From: Nitrososphaeria archaeon
GTDB lineage: Archaea; Thermoproteota; Nitrososphaeria; JACIWG01
Direction: 5' to 3'
Assembly: GCA_029776125.1 (NCBI GenBank)
Contig: JARVJS010000014.1
Location: 1 to 56,945, forward strand
Length of the DNA: 56,945 bases
Numbering within the stretch: the first letter of the stretch is position 1; every line of letters begins with the position of its first letter. Made by a program: the position numbers and the translations under genes. Shown here one piece after another: positions 10,662 through 18,176 of the stretch. Under the pieces are notes generated by a model. It was not told the DNA's origin and did no database searches. It saw only the letters and a program-made list of their open reading frames with translations.

Positions 10662-11046
10662 GTGATTTTGCAATAGAGTATATCCAACCTGAAGAACTCC
10701 ATTTTCTAGAAAGTAAACCCCTATCAACTAATCTCATAAGATAGGTTGAGACGAGGGCCTGACTTAAACTTGTTCCAAATTCTTCTTGTGCTACTAAAAG
10801 GGCGTCAGTTGAGGTAAAAACACCTACAGGAAAGTGTTTAAGTAAAATTTCATAAAATTTTTGAAATTTCGTATCTTTTCTTTCAACATCGTAGTTTGAA
10901 ACATCGTTGTTTACATTATTGGATAAGAATTCGTATATTCTTTTAATTTCTTCTCCTGTGGAAGGCCCGCTTACTTCGATTTTGATTTTTCTACCATTAA
11001 AATCTTCAAACTCTATTTTTATCTTTCTTTTACCTCCGGAGGACAT
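10645..11046 (-). CDS. Hypothetical protein with C-terminal winged-helix-like segment
   Basis: 133 aa. The C-terminal LSQALVSTYLMRLVDRGLLSRKWSSSGWIYSI looks like a recognition helix plus wing. An 18-bp perfect palindrome lies just upstream of the start. Confidence 0.4.
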   Translation of the reverse strand: MSSGGKRKIKIEFEDFNGRKIKIEVSGPSTGEEIKRIYEFLSNNVNNDVSNYDVERKDTKFQKFYEILLKHFPVGVFTSTDALLVAQEEFGTSLSQALVSTYLMRLVDRGLLSRKWSSSGWIYSIAKSPMIQQ

Positions 11047-11090
11047 CTGATAACCTGATAAATGGATAAAATGATAAATGGATAAACTGT

Positions 11091-11108
11091 TAACTTGTTA
11101 ACAAGTTA
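11091..11108. promoter_or_regulatory. 18-bp perfect palindrome (TAACTTGTTAACAAGTTA), candidate operator upstream of 10645..11046
   Basis: Read directly from the sequence. It is preceded by a tandem GATAAATGGATAAA x2 at about 11056-11085. It lies 45-62 nt upstream of the minus-strand start at 11046. Confidence 0.35.
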
Positions 11109-11194
11109 GTAAAAGAAAATTAACTATTCTTTATAGTACAATACGCTGTTAACATGCAATAGAAAAATACCATATCAAAAAGATGCTTAAACAA

Positions 11195-11216
11195 TGTCCA
11201 GTGGAAATAAAGGGGT
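11195..11216 (+). repeat. ORB element 1 (TGTCCAGTGGAAATAAAGGGGT)
   Basis: Exact 22-nt copy of ORB 2. Confidence 0.8.
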
Positions 11217-11255
11217 CTAATTTTTGGTTGTTAACAGATAAAACAGTAGAAAATA

Positions 11256-11277
11256 TGTCCAGTGGAAATAAAGGGGT
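11256..11277 (+). repeat. ORB element 2 (TGTCCAGTGGAAATAAAGGGGT)
   Basis: Exact 22-nt copy of ORB 1, 61 nt downstream of it. Confidence 0.8.
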
Positions 11278-11322
11278 GTGCGCCTATAAAAAACAAAAAT
11301 ATTATTAACAGGAAAAGCACAG

Positions 11323-11344
11323 ACCCCTATTTTTCCATTAGAAA
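11323..11344 (-). repeat. ORB element 3, inverted (reverse complement TTTCTAATGGAAAAATAGGGGT)
   Basis: 17 of 22 positions match ORB 1 in inverted orientation. It borders the AT-rich region. Confidence 0.7.
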
Positions 11345-11494
11345 AAGTAAGTTGTAGTTTCGTATAATGATGTAAATAAAAAAAGATCAATTAGTATAAA
11401 TTTTTTGATATTATTAATAATAATTTGATTCCGAAAAATTAATTCGGGATTCTTTCTTGAAATATTAACATTAAACAATTTTTATATTTCATTC

Positions 11495-11516
11495 TTTCCA
11501 TTGGAAAAATTGGGGT
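11495..11516 (+). repeat. ORB element 4 (TTTCCATTGGAAAAATTGGGGT)
   Basis: 16 of 22 positions match ORB 1. It faces ORB 3 across the AT-rich region. A mini-ORB, TCAGTGGAAATATTGGT, follows at 11541-11557. Confidence 0.7.
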
Positions 11517-11559
11517 CTGCATAAAATAATATATAGTTATTCAGTGGAAATATTGGTAT

Positions 11560-12780
11560 ATGGCCACTGATAACTTTTCTATCGACGATATCTTTAAACG
11601 AGCTTTGAACAAAACAAGCATTTTCAAAGATAGAAATGTCTTAAGATCTGATTATATTCCTGATAAATTATATTTTAGGGATGAACAAATTAGAATTGTA
11701 GCTGAAACTATTTCTCCTGTTCTACATGGTGCAAGGCCCTCAAATATGTTTCTTTATGGTAAAACCGGTACAGGAAAGACGGCTGTTGCTAAATATGTTT
11801 TTTCTAAACTAAGTCAAATAGCTTTATCCAAATCTATAGGTGTACGTTTTGCATATGTGAATACGCGTATGGCTGGTACCGAATATAGGGTGTTGTATGA
11901 AATTGCGCGTGATTTTAATATTCCTGTACCACATACTGGTCTTGCTTTGAGTGAAATTTTTGATAGAATTTTTAAGAATCTTTCTAGGGACCGCTTTTCT
12001 GGTCTTATAATTCTTGATGAAATCGACTTTTTAGTTAAAAGTCATGGTGATGATCTTTTATACGAACTTACAAGAGCAAATGAAAGACTTTCAGGAGTTT
12101 TTATTTCACTTGTTGGTATATCAAACGACCTAACTTTTAAAGAATATTTGGATCCTAGAGTCTTAAGTAGTTTAAGTGAGGAAGAGTTAGTTTTTCCTCC
12201 ATACACAGCAGAGGAATTAAAAGTTATTTTAGCTGATAGAATAAGACTAGGCTTCCAACCTAATGTTTTCACGGAAGCAGCACTTAATTTGGCCGCTGCA
12301 CTTGCTGCTGCAGAACATGGTGATGCAAGAAGGGCTGTTGACCTTGTACGCGTCGCAGGTGAAATAGCTGAAAGAAAAAATCTTGCTTTTGTCGATGAAG
12401 AGCAAGTTCGTGAGGCCCTGTTAAAAATTGATCAAGATCGATTAGTAGATGCATTAAGGTCCTTGCCGCTTCATAGTAAATTGGTTGTTCTAAGTGTTGC
12501 CGGGTTAAAAGATAATGTTTCAACTGGGGCTGTTTATAATAATTATTCTCAATTATGTAAAAAACTAGGTATTCCTGAGTTAACAACAAGGAGAGTAAGC
12601 GGTTTGTTAAATGAATTATCGATGTTAGGTATCGTTTCTGCCGAAACTGTTAGTTTAGGAAGGCAAGGTCGAAGCAAAAGGCCTAAATTACTTATTCCTT
12701 TAACTACTGTAAAAGCCGTTTTCTCTAATGACCCGGTTCTATTTGATTTAGTTAAATACGTTGAAGATTATGTTGAATAG
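11560..12780 (+). CDS. cdc6: Orc1/Cdc6 replication initiator
   Basis: 406 aa. Walker A LYGKTGTGKT, Walker B IILDEIDF, sensor and arginine regions, and a C-terminal winged helix. The gene directly abuts the ORB array. Confidence 0.95.
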   Translation: MATDNFSIDDIFKRALNKTSIFKDRNVLRSDYIPDKLYFRDEQIRIVAETISPVLHGARPSNMFLYGKTGTGKTAVAKYVFSKLSQIALSKSIGVRFAYVNTRMAGTEYRVLYEIARDFNIPVPHTGLALSEIFDRIFKNLSRDRFSGLIILDEIDFLVKSHGDDLLYELTRANERLSGVFISLVGISNDLTFKEYLDPRVLSSLSEEELVFPPYTAEELKVILADRIRLGFQPNVFTEAALNLAAALAAAEHGDARRAVDLVRVAGEIAERKNLAFVDEEQVREALLKIDQDRLVDALRSLPLHSKLVVLSVAGLKDNVSTGAVYNNYSQLCKKLGIPELTTRRVSGLLNELSMLGIVSAETVSLGRQGRSKRPKLLIPLTTVKAVFSNDPVLFDLVKYVEDYVE

Positions 12781-14248
12781 TTATTTTGTTAAAATCTTTT
12801 TCAATAACTTCTAAGGTGTTTAAGTTAACTATCGCACCTATTCCTGGAGTTGGATTTATTCCTATAGACTTTTGATGCATTGTTTGATTTTGAAAAGTGC
12901 CCGAGTTTATAATTAATGTGTTCCTATATTTAGTATAACCAAAAATATGTACGTGGCCAGCGTGAAACACGTCTGGTGGTGTATCTATCACTAACGAATC
13001 TTCTTCGGCTGGAGCTATAATCGTTCTTGCTCCAAAGACTGGTGCTAAATGTCTCGCTCTTAACAAAAGTCTCATAGCATTTTCTGGTCTACTTGTTTCC
13101 GATGAAGGGGAATATGCAAAAACATCATCAAGACTTCGACCATGATAAACAAGAAAGTTTATACCATGCAATTTTATTTCAAGAGGATCTCCATACATTT
13201 TTACATTATCCATTCTATATAACTCTTCACAATATTTTTTCGGTATAGAAGGTTGAGGTAAAGCTTGTCTTGTCGCATCATGATTTCCCGGAATAATAAT
13301 TACTTGAATATGTTTAGGAATTTGTTCAATATATTGCGCTACTAAAATGTATTGTTTTCTTATATCGGTTTCTTCCAACTCTTTTTCCTGATTGGGATAA
13401 ATGCCTACACCATCAACAAGGTCTCCTGCTATTATTATATACTTTAATTTCCTTATAATTTCCTTATCTCCGTGATATCCTTGCAACCAATGCAATAAAT
13501 GTTCAAAAGTTTCTTTTTGAAAACTTTTACTTCCAATATGCAAATCCGAAAGCAAAAGTGTATAAACTTCTGGTGCTTTTGTTTGGAATCCAGTATCGGG
13601 TATTTCAGGAAATTCTATTCTAGAAGCATAAGCTAATCCCTCTTTTATTGAGGAAATTTCAACTATTACCAGTTGATCTGGTAAAACTTCTAGTGGTGTT
13701 CGGTTTTGATTATCCTGTTTGCTTACGATTTTTAGTACACCTGTTGGATCTTCCACTTCTAAAATTACTTTATCTTTTACTACTTTTTTTTCTTTGACTA
13801 ATCCTGCTATTTTTACATCTTTACCATTATTTGAAATTTTGTCTATTTTTGTAAAACTCTTTTGTGAAGGTCTTGAATTCACAATTTTCAGTAATTTCAT
13901 GTATCTGTTCAAAAAATAATTTTTAAAACCTTCTATTCCTTCAAGGATTTTAACTTCATTCCCAGGATCTCTTATAACTTCAACATCTGCCTTAATATCC
14001 TCATACTCTATTTTTCCTTCTAATTCTTCTTTTTTTGGAAGAATTTCTTCTATATCTTTAGTTGTAACAAAAGTCGAATGGGTTAATTCACTACTCTTCC
14101 TTTTTATTATCTCCTTTATAATTTCATTTTTATTTATTTCACGATATTCAGTAAATACTTCTATCAATTTTCTAAATGCATCAGGCTCTATCTGAAAACC
14201 TTTTCTCGTGAACTCGTATACTATTTTTTCGATTTCCTCTACAGACAA
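12752..14248 (-). CDS. polD1: DNA polymerase D (Pol II) small subunit DP1
   Basis: 498 aa. An OB-fold middle region is followed by a calcineurin-like phosphoesterase with LLSDLHIGSK, IIAGDLVDGVGIYP, IIPGNHDA and HAGHVH motifs. Confidence 0.85.
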   Translation of the reverse strand: MSVEEIEKIVYEFTRKGFQIEPDAFRKLIEVFTEYREINKNEIIKEIIKRKSSELTHSTFVTTKDIEEILPKKEELEGKIEYEDIKADVEVIRDPGNEVKILEGIEGFKNYFLNRYMKLLKIVNSRPSQKSFTKIDKISNNGKDVKIAGLVKEKKVVKDKVILEVEDPTGVLKIVSKQDNQNRTPLEVLPDQLVIVEISSIKEGLAYASRIEFPEIPDTGFQTKAPEVYTLLLSDLHIGSKSFQKETFEHLLHWLQGYHGDKEIIRKLKYIIIAGDLVDGVGIYPNQEKELEETDIRKQYILVAQYIEQIPKHIQVIIIPGNHDATRQALPQPSIPKKYCEELYRMDNVKMYGDPLEIKLHGINFLVYHGRSLDDVFAYSPSSETSRPENAMRLLLRARHLAPVFGARTIIAPAEEDSLVIDTPPDVFHAGHVHIFGYTKYRNTLIINSGTFQNQTMHQKSIGINPTPGIGAIVNLNTLEVIEKDFNKITIQHNLQRI

Positions 14249-14361
14249 ACCATCTAAAGTATGTTTAAATGGGATTAAAACTATTATGTCTTATAATTAT
14301 TCGAGTTTGGAAACAATTTTATTAGGCGCCATTAGTAAGTAATGCTCTAGTCTGATTTTTT

Positions 14362-15051
14362 ATGAATAATATTTCCCGTTCAAAAAGAGAAAGTTCACTT
14401 CATTTCGCTATAAAGAACTGCTACTCCATTGAAGGAGATAAACTAGAGGAATGGGTTGACGGCTTTATAGTCGACATAGTTAGAGGAGATCTCCTAATTG
14501 AAATACAAACAAGCAATTTCTCTATGATAAAAACAAAACTTTCAAATTTACTAAATGGTCATAAGGTTCGTTTGGTGTATCCCATACCTAAAATAAAATG
14601 GATTGTTTATAAGTCAATGTGTTCGGGAAAAATTTATAGAAAAAGAAAGTCTCCTAAAAAAGGTAATTTATATGATCTTTTTAATGAATTAATTAAAATA
14701 TTAAATCTATTATCGCATAAAAATCTTAGCATTGAAGTTTTGATGGTTGAGATGGAAGAAATTCGATGTAATGATGGAAAAGGAAGCTGGAGAAGAAAAG
14801 GTATAAGTATAAAGGACAGGAAGCTTGTTCGTATTTTTGAAAAAATAGTTTTTGAAAACAAGTCAGATTTTTTAAAAGTCTTGCCTGAAAATCTTTCTGA
14901 TCCTTTCACTAACAGAAATCTCGCTAAAGTCCTCAAAATATCGGTTAATCAATCACGAAAAATAACTTATGTGCTAAGGAAAATTGGAGTCCTAGCATAT
15001 GTAGGAAAAAATGGAAATCAAATGCTTTTTAAACGTTTACATAATCTATGA
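14362..15051 (+). CDS. PD-(D/E)xK nuclease-like protein (CoiA-like core) with C-terminal wHTH-like tail
   Basis: 229 aa. ESSLHFAIK...EEWVDGFIVDIVRGDLLIEIQTSNFS fits a D-x(n)-E-x-Q/K restriction-endonuclease-like core. The C-terminal NLAKVLKISVNQSRKITYVLRKIG resembles an HTH. Confidence 0.4.
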   Translation: MNNISRSKRESSLHFAIKNCYSIEGDKLEEWVDGFIVDIVRGDLLIEIQTSNFSMIKTKLSNLLNGHKVRLVYPIPKIKWIVYKSMCSGKIYRKRKSPKKGNLYDLFNELIKILNLLSHKNLSIEVLMVEMEEIRCNDGKGSWRRKGISIKDRKLVRIFEKIVFENKSDFLKVLPENLSDPFTNRNLAKVLKISVNQSRKITYVLRKIGVLAYVGKNGNQMLFKRLHNL

Positions 15052-15095
15052 TCAATTAAAATTTTAATTCCTTACTTTTTATTATGTAATTGTTG

Positions 15096-15305
15096 CTATA
15101 CTATCTTAATAATTTTCACAGCCATTATGATAAAAGCGCGCGACAATATCGGAATGCCTATGATTAGTGGTGTGAGAAGATAACCGATGATTAATATAAT
15201 TATCAAGTGAGATAGTACACTAATACCGGTTCTTTTCGCAATTTCATTTAATGGAAGACTTAAAAGTAACAATCCTATTAGTATACTTATCCATGATATA
15301 GCCAA
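15096..15305 (-). CDS. Small hydrophobic membrane protein (hypothetical)
   Basis: 69 aa, apparently two TM helices. No other support. Confidence 0.3.
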   Translation of the reverse strand: MAISWISILIGLLLLSLPLNEIAKRTGISVLSHLIIILIIGYLLTPLIIGIPILSRAFIIMAVKIIKIV

Positions 15306-15431
15306 AAGTGTTATTGGGAAACGTGCAATAGTTCCTAAGTGGATCTTAATGTCTTGCTGTATTTTGGCTATATCAACTTAGAATTGGAAAAGTTGACTAG
15401 GCTCAAAGAAAGTAGTGGAAGTAGTATTAAG

Positions 15432-15516
15432 TGCGGGGGGTGGGATTTGAACCCACGAACGCCTACGCGACAGGGTTCTGAGCCCTGCGCCTTTGACCTG
15501 GCTTGGCAACCCCCGC
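15432..15516 (-). tRNA. tRNA-Leu (anticodon CAG)
   Basis: Folded by hand on the minus strand. Acceptor GCGGGGG/CCCCCGC, D arm GCC-AAGCCAGGTCAAA-GGC, anticodon arm CAGGG-CTCAGAA-CCCTG, a 14-nt variable arm, T arm GTGGG-TTCAAAT-CCCAC, discriminator A. Total 85 nt. Confidence 0.9.
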
Positions 15517-15683
15517 ACACTTGTATAGTAGGAAATTGCAATTTTATAAAATTAAATTTGTTTATAATGGCATTTATATAAAGTATCTTTTTTGTTGTTT
15601 TCTATTACACTATTTACAAGGAACAATTTAAATACGGTTTACTTCCTATCTTTTGACCCCGAATCTCCGGATGTGGTGTAATT

Positions 15684-16358
15684 ATGGAAGTAAAGATTGA
15701 AGATAAGATTAATGAAATAAGAGCTTTGATAGAAAAAATAAATGATCCTCTTCTTAAAGAAAAGACATTAAGTGTGATTGAAAAATGTTTATTCAAATCG
15801 CCATATGTTTTTTCTCCTGGTGCCAAGAAGGCTCATCACTCTTATCTAGGTGGTTTAATTGATCATATCTTATCTACTACTAATATTGCGGTATCTATTG
15901 CTCATCAATTAGAAAGAATTTATGGGTATAATGTTGACTTTGATACTGTAATTTCAGCTAGTCTTTTGCATGACATTATGAAACCAATAACATATAATCT
16001 AGGGGAATCTGATAAAAATTCTTCTCTAGGACATTACCTTGATCATTTAACTTTGAGTGTATTAAAACTATTCCAGGAAGGTTTTCCATTAAAGGTTATT
16101 CATGCTGTTGCAGCACACCATGGTGAACCAAGTCCAACCCGTCCCACGACAATCGAAGCAATGATAGTCCACCTTGCTGATTATATTGATTCGAAATTAA
16201 ATGGAGACATTTTACGAAAAGCTAGAAGCATTTGTCAAGAGGAATTAAAAGAATCTCTGGAATTTAATAATTTTACTCAGGTTGTTAATATTTTTGAAAA
16301 ACAGAAGAAGATATTGGATCAAGCACAAAATGAATTCACTGTCTCTTTTTTATCCTAA
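15684..16358 (+). CDS. HD-domain metal-dependent phosphohydrolase
   Basis: 224 aa with HHSYLGGLIDH, LLHDIMK and AAHHGE motifs (an HD superfamily signature). Confidence 0.7.
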   Translation: MEVKIEDKINEIRALIEKINDPLLKEKTLSVIEKCLFKSPYVFSPGAKKAHHSYLGGLIDHILSTTNIAVSIAHQLERIYGYNVDFDTVISASLLHDIMKPITYNLGESDKNSSLGHYLDHLTLSVLKLFQEGFPLKVIHAVAAHHGEPSPTRPTTIEAMIVHLADYIDSKLNGDILRKARSICQEELKESLEFNNFTQVVNIFEKQKKILDQAQNEFTVSFLS

Positions 16359-16400
16359 GAAATTTAAATTTTTTAAACTCTTCTTAGCTATTATCTTGTG

Positions 16401-16499
16401 GCCGGGGTGCCTGAGCGGTCAAAAGGGCCGGCCTCGAGATCTTTCAAGAAAGCCGGTAACGGCCTGTCCGTTGCAAGGGTTCAAATCCCTTCCCCGGCG
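16401..16499 (+). tRNA. tRNA-Ser (anticodon CGA) with a ~12-nt intron at the canonical 37/38 position; integration target of the adjacent element
   Basis: Hand fold. Acceptor GCCGGGG/CCCCGGC, D arm CCT-GAGCGGTCAAA-AGG, anticodon stem CCGGC/GCCGG with loop CTCGAG[ATCTTTCAAGAA]A. An 18-nt variable arm has an AACGG/CCGTT stem. T arm AAGGG-TTCAAAT-CCCTT, discriminator G. Total 99 nt, about 87 nt once spliced. Confidence 0.85.
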
Positions 16500-16500
16500 T
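16485..16500 (+). repeat. attL core (ATCCCTTCCCCGGCGT), part of the tRNA-Ser T arm and acceptor
   Basis: Identical 16-mer at 39466-39481. Confidence 0.7.
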
Positions 16501-16554
16501 AATCGAGATCATGCAGCGCCCCATTCTCTTTAAATATTTGCTGGAGGGGTTAAG

Positions 16555-17730
16555 GTGATGGCTGACATACACTCTTACGCTAGAAGGGTTGCTGCAGTCG
16601 AAGGCCGGCTTCTTGGATCAAACGGGGAGACTGCAGGATCTTTTCTGAAACACCTTCGCGCGAGAGGCTTAACTGACGCCAGACTACACTTTTACGCTAC
16701 AAGACTGTCCAAGATCCTCTGCTTCCTTGACCGCAAAAATCTTAGGCTCCAGGACATTGGAAGAAAGGATGCTGAAGAGTTTCTGGCATGGGTTCTTTCT
16801 CAGCCGTTTAAGGCGTGGACGAAGCACGCTTACGTTCTAGCGTTCAAGAAGCTTGTCTCGTACGCTAAAACAGGCGATTCTGACAACGCTCCCCCTGAAG
16901 TTGCATGGATCAGGCCTCATGCATATTCTAGGGAGGCTGACAAGGAGTCCCGTGCAAGGCCTGAAGCGTTGCTTACAGAAGAGGAGATATTGAAGATCAT
17001 TTCATGCGCTAGGAACTTGAGGGACAGGGCCATGCTCTGGGTTCACTTTGAAGGCGCGCTTAGGCCTGGAGAGCTTCTCACGATGAAGGTTTCGAGTGTA
17101 GAGTTCAGGGACCAATATTGTCTCGTAAGCGTCCACGGCAAAACTGGCTTAAAGCGTCTCCCGCTGGTCATAAGCTTCAGGCCGCTCCTCGACTGGCTCA
17201 ACGTTCACCCGCTAAAAGACGATCCAAGCGCACCACTTTGGGCCAGCCTCTCCCGCTCACGCCATGGAGCCGGCGTCGGATACCAGTATTTCAGGAACAC
17301 GGTTAAAAGGTGCGCTGAAGAAGCCGGCCTAAAGAAGACTGTTTGGCCTTACCTGTTCAGGCACACGCAGCTCACGAGGCTCGCGAAAAAGCTTACCGAA
17401 GCCAAGCTTGCACTGTATGCTGGATGGGTTCAGGGATCCAACATGGCTAAAAAGTATGTTCACTTCAGCGCCAGAGACCTCGAGGAAACGGTTCTAGAAA
17501 TTAATGGGCTCAAGAAGCCTGAAGAAGAGCATTTGAAGCTCCAGCCTAGAATGTGCCCAAGATGCGGCGTCCAAAACAGTCCAGACACTGTAAGATGCTC
17601 ACGATGCGGCCTAGTCCTCGACCACCCGCAGGCAGTCGAAGAGGCTGCAAGAGAGCAGGAGGAGATCGAGTCAATAAAAAGGGAGCTGGAGGAGGTCAAG
17701 GACACCCTCAAACGCATCCTCCAACCCTAA
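16555..17730 (+). CDS. int: Tyrosine recombinase/integrase (XerC/D-like) with C-terminal zinc-ribbon extension
   Basis: 391 aa. N-terminal SAM-like core-binding region, then catalytic-domain blocks GALRPGELLTMK (Arg), LFRHTQLTRL (His-x-x-Arg) and KKYVHFS (Tyr). The tail carries MCPRCGVQNSPDTVRCSRCG. The gene is adjacent to the tRNA att site. Confidence 0.85.
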   Translation: MMADIHSYARRVAAVEGRLLGSNGETAGSFLKHLRARGLTDARLHFYATRLSKILCFLDRKNLRLQDIGRKDAEEFLAWVLSQPFKAWTKHAYVLAFKKLVSYAKTGDSDNAPPEVAWIRPHAYSREADKESRARPEALLTEEEILKIISCARNLRDRAMLWVHFEGALRPGELLTMKVSSVEFRDQYCLVSVHGKTGLKRLPLVISFRPLLDWLNVHPLKDDPSAPLWASLSRSRHGAGVGYQYFRNTVKRCAEEAGLKKTVWPYLFRHTQLTRLAKKLTEAKLALYAGWVQGSNMAKKYVHFSARDLEETVLEINGLKKPEEEHLKLQPRMCPRCGVQNSPDTVRCSRCGLVLDHPQAVEEAAREQEEIESIKRELEEVKDTLKRILQP

Positions 17731-17939
17731 ACCCTCTTTTCAAGCCTCGAAAGACGCTCCTCAATCAACTCGATCCTCCGAACAAGGCTCTCGAGAACAC
17801 TTTTCCGCACAAGAACATGCTCTCCATCCATCAACCAAACCAAAAAGAAAAGCTTAAAAAGAAAAAAGGGGAAACAGCATCCAAAAAACTTAAGCACCTG
17901 CTTAACTTGACAAAAGCATGAAGTGACATTTTGTTGCAA
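17727..17939 (-). CDS. Small hypothetical protein; only the C-terminal ~35 aa coiled-coil part looks credible (ATG at 17831)
   Basis: The sequence from the internal ATG, MDGEHVLVRKSVLESLVRRIELIEERLSRLEKRV, looks helical. The upstream part overlaps repeat DNA. Support is weak. Confidence 0.2.
   Translation of the reverse strand: MQQNVTSCFCQVKQVLKFFGCCFPFFLFKLFFLVWLMDGEHVLVRKSVLESLVRRIELIEERLSRLEKRV
17888..17908 (+). repeat. 21-bp direct repeat copy 1 (ACTTAAGCACCTGCTTAACTT), containing palindrome TTAAGCA-CC-TGCTTAA
   Basis: Exact second copy at 18016-18036. Confidence 0.85.
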
Positions 17940-17982
17940 ACACGACGACTCCAGAATCGACGTAAATGCAACAAAATGTCAC
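17923..17982. repeat. 60-bp hairpin-forming palindrome, copy 1
   Basis: The outer arms are 16-bp perfect complements: GTGACATTTTGTTGCA ... TGCAACAAAATGTCAC. The inner arms are imperfect and carry ACGACGA/TCGACGT. Confidence 0.85.
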
Positions 17983-18015
17983 CTCATGTTATCCTGTACG
18001 CTGGACTGTCAGCAG

Positions 18016-18036
18016 ACTTAAGCACCTGCTTAACTT
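18016..18036 (+). repeat. 21-bp direct repeat copy 2 (ACTTAAGCACCTGCTTAACTT)
   Basis: Exact copy of 17888-17908. Confidence 0.85.
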
Positions 18037-18060
18037 AACCAAAAAAACATTTAACATGAG

Positions 18061-18120
18061 GTAACATTTTGTTGCAAATGCGACGATTCTAGAGTCGTCG
18101 TAAATGCAACAAAATGTTAC
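18061..18120. repeat. 60-bp hairpin-forming palindrome, copy 2
   Basis: GTAACATTTTGTTGCA ... TGCAACAAAATGTTAC. Relative to copy 1, G to A in the left arm is matched by C to T in the right arm, so the symmetry is preserved. Confidence 0.85.
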
Positions 18121-18176
18121 TTCATGGCATGCTTACATTTTTCCTGCTGGGGATAATGTATTCTGTTAAGTTTGCG

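Larger units (their letters stand above)
11195..11557. other. Chromosomal replication origin (oriC) with ORB elements and an AT-rich unwinding region
   Basis: Four 22-nt ORB-like boxes contain the canonical CCAGTGGAAA core and a GGGGT tail, and a mini-ORB abuts the orc1/cdc6 start. The inverted pair at 11323 and 11495 flanks an extremely AT-rich ~150-bp stretch (11345-11494). Confidence 0.8.

Noticed and set aside
380-12589. Antisense ORFs inside host genes (380..709, 3417..3626, 5279..5668, 7868..8155, 8822..9115, 10196..10489, 12042..12272, 12284..12589)
   Set aside because: Each is fully nested opposite a confidently identified gene and translates to low-complexity sequence. The same reasoning applies to 13719..13919, 14634..14936, 40425..40895, 41790..42122, 44062..44262, 45579..45911, 46802..47020, 47145..47348, 48602..48916, 50219..50452, 51234..51440 and 53193..53384.
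15339-15581. 80-aa plus-strand ORF
   Set aside because: It runs antisense straight through the well-folding tRNA-Leu(CAG) at 15432-15516. Its only GC-rich, codon-like part is the tRNA itself.
16282-16533. 83-aa plus-strand ORF
   Set aside because: It reads through the tRNA-Ser(CGA) gene (16401-16499). The translation is an artefact of the structured RNA sequence.
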